In this document: in pieces, positions 45,078-54,088 of the stretch | How the letters are laid out: each line of letters starts with the position of its first letter | Numbering within the stretch: the first letter of the stretch is position 1 | DNA from: a virus | Lineage: Duplodnaviria; Caudoviricetes | Length of the DNA: 54,215 nt | Direction: 5' to 3' (one strand) | Virus record (IMG/VR): IMGVR_UViG_3300044961_000053 | Location: 1 to 54,215 of that record | Position numbers and translations under genes: made by a program | Notes under the pieces: model-generated | The model's input: the letters and a program-made list of their open reading frames with translations, nothing else | Database searches by the model: none | What the model was told of the DNA's origin: nothing

Positions 45078-47621
45078 TTAGTCGCAAATAGCGTCGCAAT
45101 TAAGAGTAGGCGAGCCTATAACAGCCACATCAGAATATAAAGTCGGAGTACCGCCTATATAAGAACCCGCCTTGCTTACACAACCACCAGAGAAACTTAC
45201 ACCAACGTCATAGATATTTTGTTGCGGATCGCACTGTACAGCACGCAATTGGACAATGTATTTCCAACCGCTGACATTCCACGTTCTAAAATCAACTCCG
45301 TTTCTTGCATCAAACGGTGCTGGCGATCCGTCTAATAACTGAGTTTGTTCACTAATTATCTGGAACCTTGGCACGAAATTTCCAACAAGCGCAAAAGGCC
45401 CGGTCCGCGCTGCGCATTCAGGAGTTGGCGAATTAGACTCTGCTCTAAACACTACAGTAGCTATTTCGCATTTCGCCCCTACAGGAATGACACTTTCAAC
45501 TTCAAAATTTAAACCACAACAATTTGGCGATGGGCCAGACCCACTTTGAGTAACAGCCGGGAACTGAATCGGAATAGTGTAACTAATGTTAGTGCCAGGT
45601 ATTAAATTACCTAAGTTATCTACACATCTTGCACCAACAGTGAAATTAGTAGACCCTCCGCTATTTAGCGCAGACGCGGTAAAAGTGTAACGTACAGTAA
45701 AAGAAGTTACATTAGCGAAGTAAAAATCTACTTCAGAAGTTGTGGGGTTAAACGAACTCGGAAGCCCGAATACGTCTATTTCGGAAACTGTCCACCCGCT
45801 CGGAATTGGAAATGGCTGCGATAATGCAAAGTTTTTAGTACGAGCCAAAACTGCATTCTGTCCGGTTAAAGTAACTTCTAAGTAGAACGAATCTCCAACA
45901 GAAACTGGCGCGGATATAGACGAGAAAGTATGGCTATAAGCACTTGAACACGTAGGCGGAGGCTCACCTTCGCAGTTTGCGTTAACTTGCGGAAACGAAA
46001 TAGTAACGCTCTCACTAACAAAAGTATCTCCAAGTTGGTTTCCAAAAGAATTAAAGCACGCTCCGCTAACCGTAAATGTTCTAGTAGTAGAAGAAACGCA
46101 AGACACAGCTCGAAGTCGAATTACATTAGTTACAAAATTAGTTCCAGCAGTGCTATGGTTAACGCCAAATCTAATATCCTGACTAGCAGGAGTACTTGTA
46201 ACGCTATCAATAACCCAACCCGTTGGAGTCAAGTCACTTAAATCGTTGACAAATAAACGGCCGTGACAGTTCGGATTAAAGGCTGCGATTGAAATCACAG
46301 TTACATCGAACGTAGCACCAACGGCAACCGGCACAGTCGGCGGTGTAGAGCTTATGTTAATAATTAAAGCGCAGCAACTCGGTGGAGGCGGCGGTTCTTC
46401 TCCACAATCTTCCGTAATTGCAGGTAGGTTAACAGAAACAGGGTAGGAAACTTGCGATCCGTCAATCAACTGTCCTGCATTGTTTCTGCAATTTCCAGTG
46501 GCTGTAAAAGCGACATTTCTACCGACTGGGTTGCATTCAACTGCAACAAACGTAAAGACTACAGACCAAGACGTTATATTGGCTGTATGAAAATCAATAC
46601 TGGTATACGGATTTTGCCCGGTAAAACTGGTGCCTTGGAATCGCCAACCATTGATAGTCTGCCCAACTATCGGGGCAAACGTGAGCGGATTTGTAAACGC
46701 TCTACATATGGCTGCATTAGAACCAGTAGCAGTAAGCGTTATATTAATAGTCGTTCCAACTCCAATACTTTCAAGAGTCTGAACTACATGACTGAAAGTT
46801 AAAGCGCAGCAGTTTGGAGGAGGCGGTTCTTCTTCGCACTCAAACTCACAAACATAGTTAGCAAGAGACCGTGCTCTTACCCAACGAATGCAACCTTGAT
46901 TATCTAATACAAGAAAGCGCGCATTTCTTACAAGCCCATTAAATGGCTGAACAAGCGTGCCTAAATTGCATGGAGCGTTAGGGTCGGAAAGCGTTGCATA
47001 CAAGCCATCATCACGAGCAAACATTTCATTGCCCGGATCTTCCGACAACTTAACATGCGAACTCAACACTCCTTCAACTATCTGATGATCTACAGTAGTA
47101 GAATCATCAGCAGTATGGATGGCGGTGTTCGTAACTCGCCAAGTTCCTCCACCCAAATCCTCGACTAAGATGCCGTTTCCAGCAACTAACGTAACTTCAT
47201 TGGGACGAACGCAATCGCACAAATAACGAAGTGCTTCTGCAATTTCATCATACCACTCATGCGTCATACTAAAAGTCCACCAAAAAGCGGTGGACTCTGT
47301 AGAACTGCTAACTAACATTTCAAGCTGGTATCTTCCCGATCTATGAAGAATGACTTCATTTCGGTTTGCGTTAAGAACGATACCTTCTGGATAAGGAAGG
47401 TAAGGCTCACTTAGCAATTCATCGTTTACACCAACAACTTGATTTACACGAATCTCTGCATCACCAGTCAGCCCCATAACAACGACTTTGACTGGCTCAC
47501 GATCGACGTTTATTATAGGCGACGTAGTTGCCGTCGGCGAAAAGACAAACCTACTAATTAAAACCTCTGATTGCCCAGAAGCAAGAGTAGGAGTCGGAGT
47601 TTTAGAAATTTCGTTAGCCAT
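45078..47621 (-). CDS. Cys-rich virion surface protein with four ~144-aa Ig-like repeats (847 aa)
   Basis: Each repeat begins after a Pro-rich linker with CC or C; N-terminal ~265 aa paralogous to the next gene. Confidence 0.75.
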   Translation of the reverse strand: MANEISKTPTPTLASGQSEVLISRFVFSPTATTSPIINVDREPVKVVVMGLTGDAEIRVNQVVGVNDELLSEPYLPYPEGIVLNANRNEVILHRSGRYQLEMLVSSSTESTAFWWTFSMTHEWYDEIAEALRYLCDCVRPNEVTLVAGNGILVEDLGGGTWRVTNTAIHTADDSTTVDHQIVEGVLSSHVKLSEDPGNEMFARDDGLYATLSDPNAPCNLGTLVQPFNGLVRNARFLVLDNQGCIRWVRARSLANYVCEFECEEEPPPPNCCALTFSHVVQTLESIGVGTTINITLTATGSNAAICRAFTNPLTFAPIVGQTINGWRFQGTSFTGQNPYTSIDFHTANITSWSVVFTFVAVECNPVGRNVAFTATGNCRNNAGQLIDGSQVSYPVSVNLPAITEDCGEEPPPPPSCCALIINISSTPPTVPVAVGATFDVTVISIAAFNPNCHGRLFVNDLSDLTPTGWVIDSVTSTPASQDIRFGVNHSTAGTNFVTNVIRLRAVSCVSSTTRTFTVSGACFNSFGNQLGDTFVSESVTISFPQVNANCEGEPPPTCSSAYSHTFSSISAPVSVGDSFYLEVTLTGQNAVLARTKNFALSQPFPIPSGWTVSEIDVFGLPSSFNPTTSEVDFYFANVTSFTVRYTFTASALNSGGSTNFTVGARCVDNLGNLIPGTNISYTIPIQFPAVTQSGSGPSPNCCGLNFEVESVIPVGAKCEIATVVFRAESNSPTPECAARTGPFALVGNFVPRFQIISEQTQLLDGSPAPFDARNGVDFRTWNVSGWKYIVQLRAVQCDPQQNIYDVGVSFSGGCVSKAGSYIGGTPTLYSDVAVIGSPTLNCDAICD

Positions 47622-47625
47622 GCGT

Positions 47626-47901
47626 TTAGAGTATCGCGTTATGTAAACTGGCTTTTATTTGAGTAAAAAGCTGCCACTTATCAGCGCTTTTCGGTACAGG
47701 CAGTGAGTCAATCGGATCACGCCAAAATAAAGTTTTTCTATTAAAATTTCCAACTCCGCCTAAAGTATAGCCAACATACCTATCGCCAAATTTAACTACG
47801 AAGCGCTGTTCTTGAGGCTTAAGCTCAACAACAATTCCCGGTCCGTACGCCAAATCGTGGACTGAATCGCCAACTAAAATTGGGCTCCCATCAAACTGCA
47901 T
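47626..47901 (-). CDS. Small SH3/KOW-like hypothetical protein (91 aa)
   Basis: VGDSVHD..YG.G.V pattern. Confidence 0.7.
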   Translation of the reverse strand: MQFDGSPILVGDSVHDLAYGPGIVVELKPQEQRFVVKFGDRYVGYTLGGVGNFNRKTLFWRDPIDSLPVPKSADKWQLFTQIKASLHNAIL

Positions 47902-47903
47902 TA

Positions 47904-49880
47904 TTACGCTCCCGTAGGTAGATTAACTGGCGTCGGAAACGCCGGGTCCACGTTAGGCGGCTGACTCTGCGGCGGTAATGGTACAGGCGTCGAGGTGCCC
48001 CGAGCAAGGCCGTTGACGACTCCAAGCCGACTCAAAGCGGACTCCAATTCTTGCATTCTATTTGGGTCAGGAATAATGTCGTCAACTGGCAATCCTGTAG
48101 TTTTAAGTATTTCTCGCAAGAGAATTTTAATTGACTCCATGTCAAGAGCTCCAGCTTGAACGTATGGAGTAAGCAGATTTAAAATCTCAATAGTACGAGT
48201 TTGAGCTAGTTCTCGCTGCAACAAGCCTGACGCACCACGGGCAACTATTTGGGCATCTGCTTTAATATCTTCGTCGTCACCCATGGCCATGTTTAAAACG
48301 TAGTAAGACTCGACCATGGGTTCTATGATGTCTCTATCGATATTTAAAAGCACTTGTTTAATGCCTTTAGCTGCATTGCCCATCAACATCGAAAGTCCGC
48401 CAAGAGTTCGCCCTGCTCCAGCAACTTGCGGATTGCCTAATACATAAGCTGGAACTTGGCTAAAATCGTCAGCCAGTTTCATGTAATACGCAAAGGCTTC
48501 CATAAGTTGGTTGGCAACGTTTGGAACAACCTTAAACCGCATAGCTTCGCCGTTTTGCCCGCTGTAATCCGGCTTGACACTATAAATGCGGAAAGGTTGA
48601 ATTTCAGTAAAATTCTCTCCAGCTTCAAATCTTTCGGCTACGGCTTCTGCAATCGGACCAGCGGAATACGCAAAATTACGCAGTGCAGCACGCATCGACG
48701 CATTAGCCATGCGTTCGATGTCTCTAACTAAATCAACAACACCTTGCCCCGCAAAAGTACCGGGAACCTTGCTAAAGCAAGTTGAGTAAATAGGGCGAGA
48801 AAGCAGTGGGTGAGTATTTAAAACTGCACGAATGCAAATGTTGTCAACTACCCAAATCTCACTTTCATAGTGCTGCTGTAAGTCAGGAACAATAACTCCG
48901 TTATCAAAAAGAAGATCGCCCGGAACAAGTCCGTTCATTATGAGGACTTCAACTAGATTTCCATTGAACAGCGTTTCTTCTTTTTCTTCAAGGCTATCAC
49001 GAGTGCTGTCGCCTTGAACTTCTAACGAATACCCATGTTTGTAGGTATCTAAAACCTGTCGAATGGCTTCTTCATTAAACCCCGGAAGTCCAATGCAGTT
49101 GTATAACTGTGGATGTCCAAGCCTTGCTCTTTGAATGAAATACTCGCCGTCTTGTGGCGAAGTAGAGTCCGGCGACCAGAAGCAATCGAACGGAGATATG
49201 TTTTTAACGGACCAGACGGGTTGTTGAGTTACTTTAAACTTATCTCCATCCCACCGCCCCATGGGTTTTGCAGTTATGACAGGCGCTCGAATAACTGCAA
49301 ATGGGAAAACAGTAAGATTGTGAATAAAAGCCGCAAACTCAGTTCTCCAACCGCCTTCAATTAGTTGATCCTCAATATGCCGTTCCATAGCAGCAGAAGC
49401 ACGTTCTGCTTTTGCAAAGGCATATTTCAAAGTCGCAGTTTTTAACTCTTTAGCTTTATCCATAAGGGCGGACATGTTTTCCATTCCACCCAATGCCGCT
49501 AATTCCTCCTCCAACATATCAACAACCTGATCTTTCATCCACTCAGGAAGATCGGGAATAGGAGTAGGTTTAAGAGTAAACGGTTTATCAATCGAACTTA
49601 GAAGAATGTCAGTTATCCACGACTCGGCGCCTTTACTTTTTAAGTCGCACAGACCGACGTAAATGTCTATGCCATTATGAAGCTGCAATTCTTCTTGAGT
49701 ATACTCACGTTTTTTAGCACGAAGGCACGCTTCTAAGCGTGAAGTCAGCCCGATTTCAACTCGATGCCTTTCAGCTTGTTCAAACTTCGACTTAACATAC
49801 TGTCCTAAAGCCTGCTCAACAGTCAACTGAGCCATGCTCTGTTCGTACAAAACAAATGGATCATCACTCGTTTTGTCCAT
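47904..49880 (-). CDS. Portal protein
   Basis: ISPFDCFWSP, G.GV.DL.RD, GAGRT.GGLSMLMGNA.K.IK; 658 aa, upstream of the head genes. Confidence 0.88.
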   Translation of the reverse strand: MDKTSDDPFVLYEQSMAQLTVEQALGQYVKSKFEQAERHRVEIGLTSRLEACLRAKKREYTQEELQLHNGIDIYVGLCDLKSKGAESWITDILLSSIDKPFTLKPTPIPDLPEWMKDQVVDMLEEELAALGGMENMSALMDKAKELKTATLKYAFAKAERASAAMERHIEDQLIEGGWRTEFAAFIHNLTVFPFAVIRAPVITAKPMGRWDGDKFKVTQQPVWSVKNISPFDCFWSPDSTSPQDGEYFIQRARLGHPQLYNCIGLPGFNEEAIRQVLDTYKHGYSLEVQGDSTRDSLEEKEETLFNGNLVEVLIMNGLVPGDLLFDNGVIVPDLQQHYESEIWVVDNICIRAVLNTHPLLSRPIYSTCFSKVPGTFAGQGVVDLVRDIERMANASMRAALRNFAYSAGPIAEAVAERFEAGENFTEIQPFRIYSVKPDYSGQNGEAMRFKVVPNVANQLMEAFAYYMKLADDFSQVPAYVLGNPQVAGAGRTLGGLSMLMGNAAKGIKQVLLNIDRDIIEPMVESYYVLNMAMGDDEDIKADAQIVARGASGLLQRELAQTRTIEILNLLTPYVQAGALDMESIKILLREILKTTGLPVDDIIPDPNRMQELESALSRLGVVNGLARGTSTPVPLPPQSQPPNVDPAFPTPVNLPTGA

Positions 49881-50148
49881 TTACAGAGCCTCCATTAACT
49901 CTTGACTGCAAATCTTCCAGAGACAGAATGCAACTTCTATACGCACCTGCCGCATAGATATAGAAAATGATTGCTTCTTCGTCAGTTTTGATTGTACTGA
50001 CTGGTGGAAACGGCAGTACGGGCTTTGCTACAACTTGCGGGCATACTGTCGCCACGGGCAATTCTTTCTGCTTGCTCCAAAATGCACAACTCGTCAGGAG
50101 TAAGCAGACGAGGCTCACTGTCACTAATTTTAGCGGATACTTTTGCAT
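49864..50148 (-). CDS. o-spanin (Rz1-like lipoprotein)
   Basis: Signal peptide with lipobox LTSC, Pro-rich, overlaps the i-spanin gene. Confidence 0.8.
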   Translation of the reverse strand: MQKYPLKLVTVSLVCLLLTSCAFWSKQKELPVATVCPQVVAKPVLPFPPVSTIKTDEEAIIFYIYAAGAYRSCILSLEDLQSRVNGGSVNGQNE

Positions 50149-50428
50149 CTTGAATTACTCGCTGAAGTTCATCGAATCTTCTGATATAAGTACGATCCAA
50201 TTTAGCACTTTTATCTGCAATGCCTTCGAGGACTGCACTTTTTGCAGTAGCGACGTTTTCTTTAATTTCTGCAATCTCTTTATCTTTCATCGCCAGCATA
50301 GCGCCGTATCTTACATCCTGAATAGTCCAAGAAGTAAACCCACCGGCAACTATGCCTAAAATCGCTAAACTTGCGCACAATTTAGCCATCGTGGACGCTG
50401 AAAGCAGCTTTACTGGTGTAGCCATCAC
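49982..50428 (-). CDS. i-spanin (Rz-like)
   Basis: N-terminal TM segment plus coiled coil; follows the endolysin. Confidence 0.75.
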   Translation of the reverse strand: MMATPVKLLSASTMAKLCASLAILGIVAGGFTSWTIQDVRYGAMLAMKDKEIAEIKENVATAKSAVLEGIADKSAKLDRTYIRRFDELQRVIQDAKVSAKISDSEPRLLTPDELCILEQAERIARGDSMPASCSKARTAVSTSQYNQN

Positions 50429-51138
50429 ACACCTCGCTCTTTATAGACACGAAACCGCCCCCATGCAGCGATTCCAATACCTACTAGCGTAAGAACCACG
50501 AACACCGTTTTAACGACATCCGAGTACACTACAAGCGGTGCAACCTCACTCGCTAACTGAGCGGCCTCCGTACCAACTACTCCTACAGCACTAACTGCAA
50601 GTCCTGCATTAGTTGCAGACTTTAATGGGTATCGAGGATTTTCTTCGGGAGTTTCTGACGCAGGTTTTGGATTTCCCATCAACTCCAGCATTCCTCTCTC
50701 AAACATCTGCCTTTCTTTAGCACGTCGAGCTACTAAACCCGGCAAAGGTTCAAGTTTTCCAGTCTTGGGGTTTCTTGAATTAACCCATCTGCCAAACTGT
50801 TCAGCAGCTTTTACATACTCTCCTTCGTTGAGATACCGAAGAAGCGTCGAAGTTTTAAATCTCTCACACCCAAAATTAAAGACAAAACTCACCAGCGCAT
50901 CGAACATCAACTGATTTATTTTCTGTGACACGTGCGTATTCACACACTGCTCACAAAGCATAATGTCTCTTGCAAGCAAATTTTCTGCTTGCGCCTCATC
51001 AATGCGCATTCCTTCTCTAGCAGTTCTAGTATGCCCATACCCAATGGTCCACTTTCCTGCCGGACATCTGTAGGCTGAGAGCCGCAGTCCTTCACTCTGT
51101 TTTATTAGAGCCGCTCCGTGTGCGCTTATCTTGTGCAT
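50425..51138 (-). CDS. Endolysin (GH24 lysozyme) with a C-terminal hydrophobic extension
   Basis: EGLRL.AY.CPAG.WTIGYGHT, FDALVSF.FN.G, GL..RR..E. Confidence 0.92.
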   Translation of the reverse strand: MHKISAHGAALIKQSEGLRLSAYRCPAGKWTIGYGHTRTAREGMRIDEAQAENLLARDIMLCEQCVNTHVSQKINQLMFDALVSFVFNFGCERFKTSTLLRYLNEGEYVKAAEQFGRWVNSRNPKTGKLEPLPGLVARRAKERQMFERGMLELMGNPKPASETPEENPRYPLKSATNAGLAVSAVGVVGTEAAQLASEVAPLVVYSDVVKTVFVVLTLVGIGIAAWGRFRVYKERGV

Positions 51139-51406
51139 ACATCACTCCATTAGCTACCAAAAGTTTTCTGTACTCATCTACAATACTTTCTAACTCGGTA
51201 ATGTATGCCTCGCGCTCATCCAGTTTTCTAACTAACTCGTCTCTTAGTTTTAAGTTAATCTGGAGCGTCGCTCGTATTTCATTGACGACGTGCAACAAAA
51301 ACTTATACGTGACGTACAATAACGTCACCGCACCACTAAGTAGTACCAAACTTAGAGGCGCGCGTATTAAAAAGTCCCACCATTTCTCTATATTACTTGG
51401 AGTCAT
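51092..51406 (-). CDS. Putative holin (one TM segment plus coiled coil)
   Basis: Hydrophobic stretch at aa 15-38; directly upstream of the endolysin. Confidence 0.55.
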   Translation of the reverse strand: MTPSNIEKWWDFLIRAPLSLVLLSGAVTLLYVTYKFLLHVVNEIRATLQINLKLRDELVRKLDEREAYITELESIVDEYRKLLVANGVMYAQDKRTRSGSNKTE

Positions 51407-51415
51407 GGTGGAGGC

Positions 51416-51443
51416 TTGACGAGTCGCGTGGCATGAGTATACT
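51416..51443 (+). promoter_or_regulatory. Sigma70-like promoter TTGACG-N16-TATACT, antisense to the late operon
   Basis: Intergenic; the -10 box sits in the palindrome GAGTATACTC. Confidence 0.5.
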
Positions 51444-51598
51444 CTGAAGCTGAAAGCACGGCTACTGTGTCTGAGTCACCTCCCCCTACGCTCAGGCATC
51501 CCACAGCGCCTCTCCCCCTTAGGCGAAGTAGCGCCGGACGGCGTAACCGGCTTCTAGCTCGTTCTGAGCGGTCTGGCGAGCCTTCGGCGGGCTCTCGG

Positions 51599-51844
51599 CT
51601 ACTCTGGCTCGGACGACTCGAACTGCTCGATCATGTTGTTTTTCAGCATAGCGAGCGCTCCTAGCATACTCAGCGATAAATAGTCACCAATTAAGTGGTA
51701 CGCATACCCTTCATTGGGCGTGCTTAGCACAAGCACCGCCGACTCCAAAGCCTGGTTTTTGTCGATATACGAATCGGCAACTTGTCTTAAGTGCTCAGCC
51801 ACACTTCGCGGCCGTTTGTCAGACATTTTGACAATATTACTCAT
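51599..51844 (-). CDS. Hypothetical protein (81 aa)
   Basis: ATG 5 nt after the terL stop. Confidence 0.65.
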   Translation of the reverse strand: MSNIVKMSDKRPRSVAEHLRQVADSYIDKNQALESAVLVLSTPNEGYAYHLIGDYLSLSMLGALAMLKNNMIEQFESSEPE

Positions 51845-51849
51845 GCGCT

Positions 51850-53331
51850 TTATGCCCAAGCGTAGCTTTTTTGAACAGTAGTTGAGTCCGTATCGCGCTT
51901 TGTTCCGCCTGAGATACCGAACCGGACGTAGAGGCATAAATACTGAAGGGCATCCGCAATATGCGAATACGGGTTCTGTTTATCCGGTTTCTCTCTATAC
52001 GAAGCTGAATTGCTGAGCTTAGCGTAACAGTATCCTCCTCCAAGTGCTTCACGGAGCATTCGTAACCGAGGATCGATACTAACCCCGTTGGTACGATTGA
52101 GAAAGTAATCAACGGCTTCCTTTCTTGTGACGAACGAGTTATTACCTATCGGACGAACTAGTATTCCTCTAGTCCGCACTACGTCCAGTGGCGTGCGTTT
52201 GTCAAGCGCAGAGCGGCCTCGACCCGCCGGATCGCCAACAGCTTCGATCTTAAATCCATTGTATTTAGTCCTCAAAAGCGGCAGCACATAGTCGTCAAGA
52301 AAGGACTCTAAATCCTCGTTCTCCGGACTAAATTCATCAAGAATATGCAGCCTGCCCATTGGAGTAAGCTGCGCTGCGACCATTGCTGGATTTAGGCCCC
52401 AATCAAAGCCAAGAATTAACGGCAATCCGCGTAGCGGTGTAAGAGGTTGCTTTGCTACGTGAAGCGATTCCGAGTATTGAGGAAAGACCGGCATTCCATG
52501 CCGAACCATGCCGTACTCGTTTGCAAGGTAAACTCGAATCTCATCTTCGGACAGTCGATCTAGCTGCTGTCGATAGTAGTCATCTGGTAGATTGGCTAAG
52601 TTCTCGGCTTCGGAATTTAGCGCCCATTCCTTCGACTCGTAGTCGTAATAAACTGCTGGCGGAAATTTAAATAGCACAGACTTTTTGGAATCCGGGCGCT
52701 TGTTCTCGAACTCGTCGTATAGCCAATGGCTCGTTTTTGGAGGGTTTGTATCGGCGATCACACCCGTCCATGTGGGTCCATATAATTCTTTGCCTTGAGC
52801 GTCCTTGACCGTTTGAGGAAAACGCAGTCGAGTGAAGATTCTTTCAAAAATAGCACGATTAATTTCCGACGCCTCGTTTAACCACGCGCCTGTATATTCA
52901 GACGAAAGCAGCTTATTGGCATCTTCGGGCCGATCCAAGGCCATAAAGATAAACCGTGCATCCACTCGCGTACCGTCTCCCGACGGATGAGGGCAGTTTA
53001 TTCGACCTTCGATTGGATAATCGTAGGTCATCTTGCAAATTGTAGGCGGAATCCAGCGAATAAACGTCTCAACCGTGGTTGACTCAAGCATCGGGTACGT
53101 ATTTCGCACAATCAGCCACTTTGTCTCGCGCACTCCACTTGCATTTGGCTTCTGATTTAACGCGCGAAACAGTAATTCCATGACGCACGCGACTGATTTT
53201 CCGCATCCAACCGGCCCCATTAAACACCGAAAGCCCACATTTGAACTGTGAAAGTCCGATCCTGTGGGCGTAGCATTGTAATTTATCTGGTTTTCCGGCT
53301 GTTTTGGACTTACTGCATGTTTAGGCTTCAT
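51850..53331 (-). CDS. terL: Terminase large subunit
   Basis: GPVGCGKS, RNTY..L, WLNEA, DTNPP; nuclease GFDWG, GDPAG, SHIADALQY. Confidence 0.93.
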   Translation of the reverse strand: MKPKHAVSPKQPENQINYNATPTGSDFHSSNVGFRCLMGPVGCGKSVACVMELLFRALNQKPNASGVRETKWLIVRNTYPMLESTTVETFIRWIPPTICKMTYDYPIEGRINCPHPSGDGTRVDARFIFMALDRPEDANKLLSSEYTGAWLNEASEINRAIFERIFTRLRFPQTVKDAQGKELYGPTWTGVIADTNPPKTSHWLYDEFENKRPDSKKSVLFKFPPAVYYDYESKEWALNSEAENLANLPDDYYRQQLDRLSEDEIRVYLANEYGMVRHGMPVFPQYSESLHVAKQPLTPLRGLPLILGFDWGLNPAMVAAQLTPMGRLHILDEFSPENEDLESFLDDYVLPLLRTKYNGFKIEAVGDPAGRGRSALDKRTPLDVVRTRGILVRPIGNNSFVTRKEAVDYFLNRTNGVSIDPRLRMLREALGGGYCYAKLSNSASYREKPDKQNPYSHIADALQYLCLYVRFGISGGTKRDTDSTTVQKSYAWA

Positions 53332-53848
53332 TGCAATCAATAGCGTCCAAGTCGATAGTGGGCTTATCGCGACGATCAAATGACACATTTAGCACAAAAG
53401 GCGCTGTAGTAGTGCCTTTTATCTCTTTTCGCTCACTGAAAAGCTCCTTGTTATACGACTTTGCCATAAATCGAAGGTGTTCGGCCATGGCCGAAGCACG
53501 TGCAACATCGGCTTTCGAGTTGATGTCTGCGTTTTCAAGATCGTCAATGGCCTTAAATGCAAACTCCTCGCCCGCAATTTCAAGTGCAGTGTTATAAAAC
53601 TCAAGCCTTTCAGAATCTTCTTTAATCCAACGCTTGAGAATTACCGGACTTATTTGTAAGTAGTTAGACACATGGCGCGTACTTACACCATAGCATAGCA
53701 TTTCTGCTATGCGGCGAATGCCCACTTCTTCAAGATATTGCTCAGGAATTATGTGGCGCGCAGGAAAGTTGTACAACGCCTCCGGAGTAAATCCGGATTG
53801 CGTGACATAACTCTGTAATCTGCGGCTGGATTTGACTATGTTGCTCAT
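53321..53848 (-). CDS. terS: Terminase small subunit
   Basis: N-terminal HTH-like segment, helical core; directly upstream of terL. Confidence 0.75.
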   Translation of the reverse strand: MSNIVKSSRRLQSYVTQSGFTPEALYNFPARHIIPEQYLEEVGIRRIAEMLCYGVSTRHVSNYLQISPVILKRWIKEDSERLEFYNTALEIAGEEFAFKAIDDLENADINSKADVARASAMAEHLRFMAKSYNKELFSERKEIKGTTTAPFVLNVSFDRRDKPTIDLDAIDCNEA

Positions 53849-53854
53849 GGCGCC

Positions 53855-53883
53855 ATAGTACGCAATGCGTTGCGAAATTTCAA
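53855..53883 (-). promoter_or_regulatory. Promoter TTGAAA-N17-TACTAT for the packaging/late operon
   Basis: -10 box ends 6 nt before the terS ATG. Confidence 0.7.
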
Positions 53884-53935
53884 GAGGCAGGAGGTAAACA
53901 GCAAAGGGCCGGGTGCCTTGGTCCGCATGGGGGTA

Positions 53936-54075
53936 GGCTAGAAGTGACGTGGATGAAGTGATTAGGGGCTAGAAGCTGGAGGCTAGAGGTTACGTGAGTG
54001 TAGTAATTGAGGGCTAGAAGCTGGAGGCTAAAGGTTACGTGGGTGTAGTAATTAAGTACTAAAGGTCGCGTGGAT
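53936..54075. repeat. 45-bp tandem repeat (two full copies at 53966 and 54011 plus degenerate flanks)
   Basis: GGGCTAGAAGCTGGAGGCTARAGGTTACGTGRGTGTAGTAATTRA. Confidence 0.85.
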
Positions 54076-54088
54076 GGGGTTGTGGAGG

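Noticed and set aside
51827-53848. TerS and ORF 51599-51844 both start MSNIVK
   Set aside because: Codons differ at most third positions and similarity does not extend; probably coincidence
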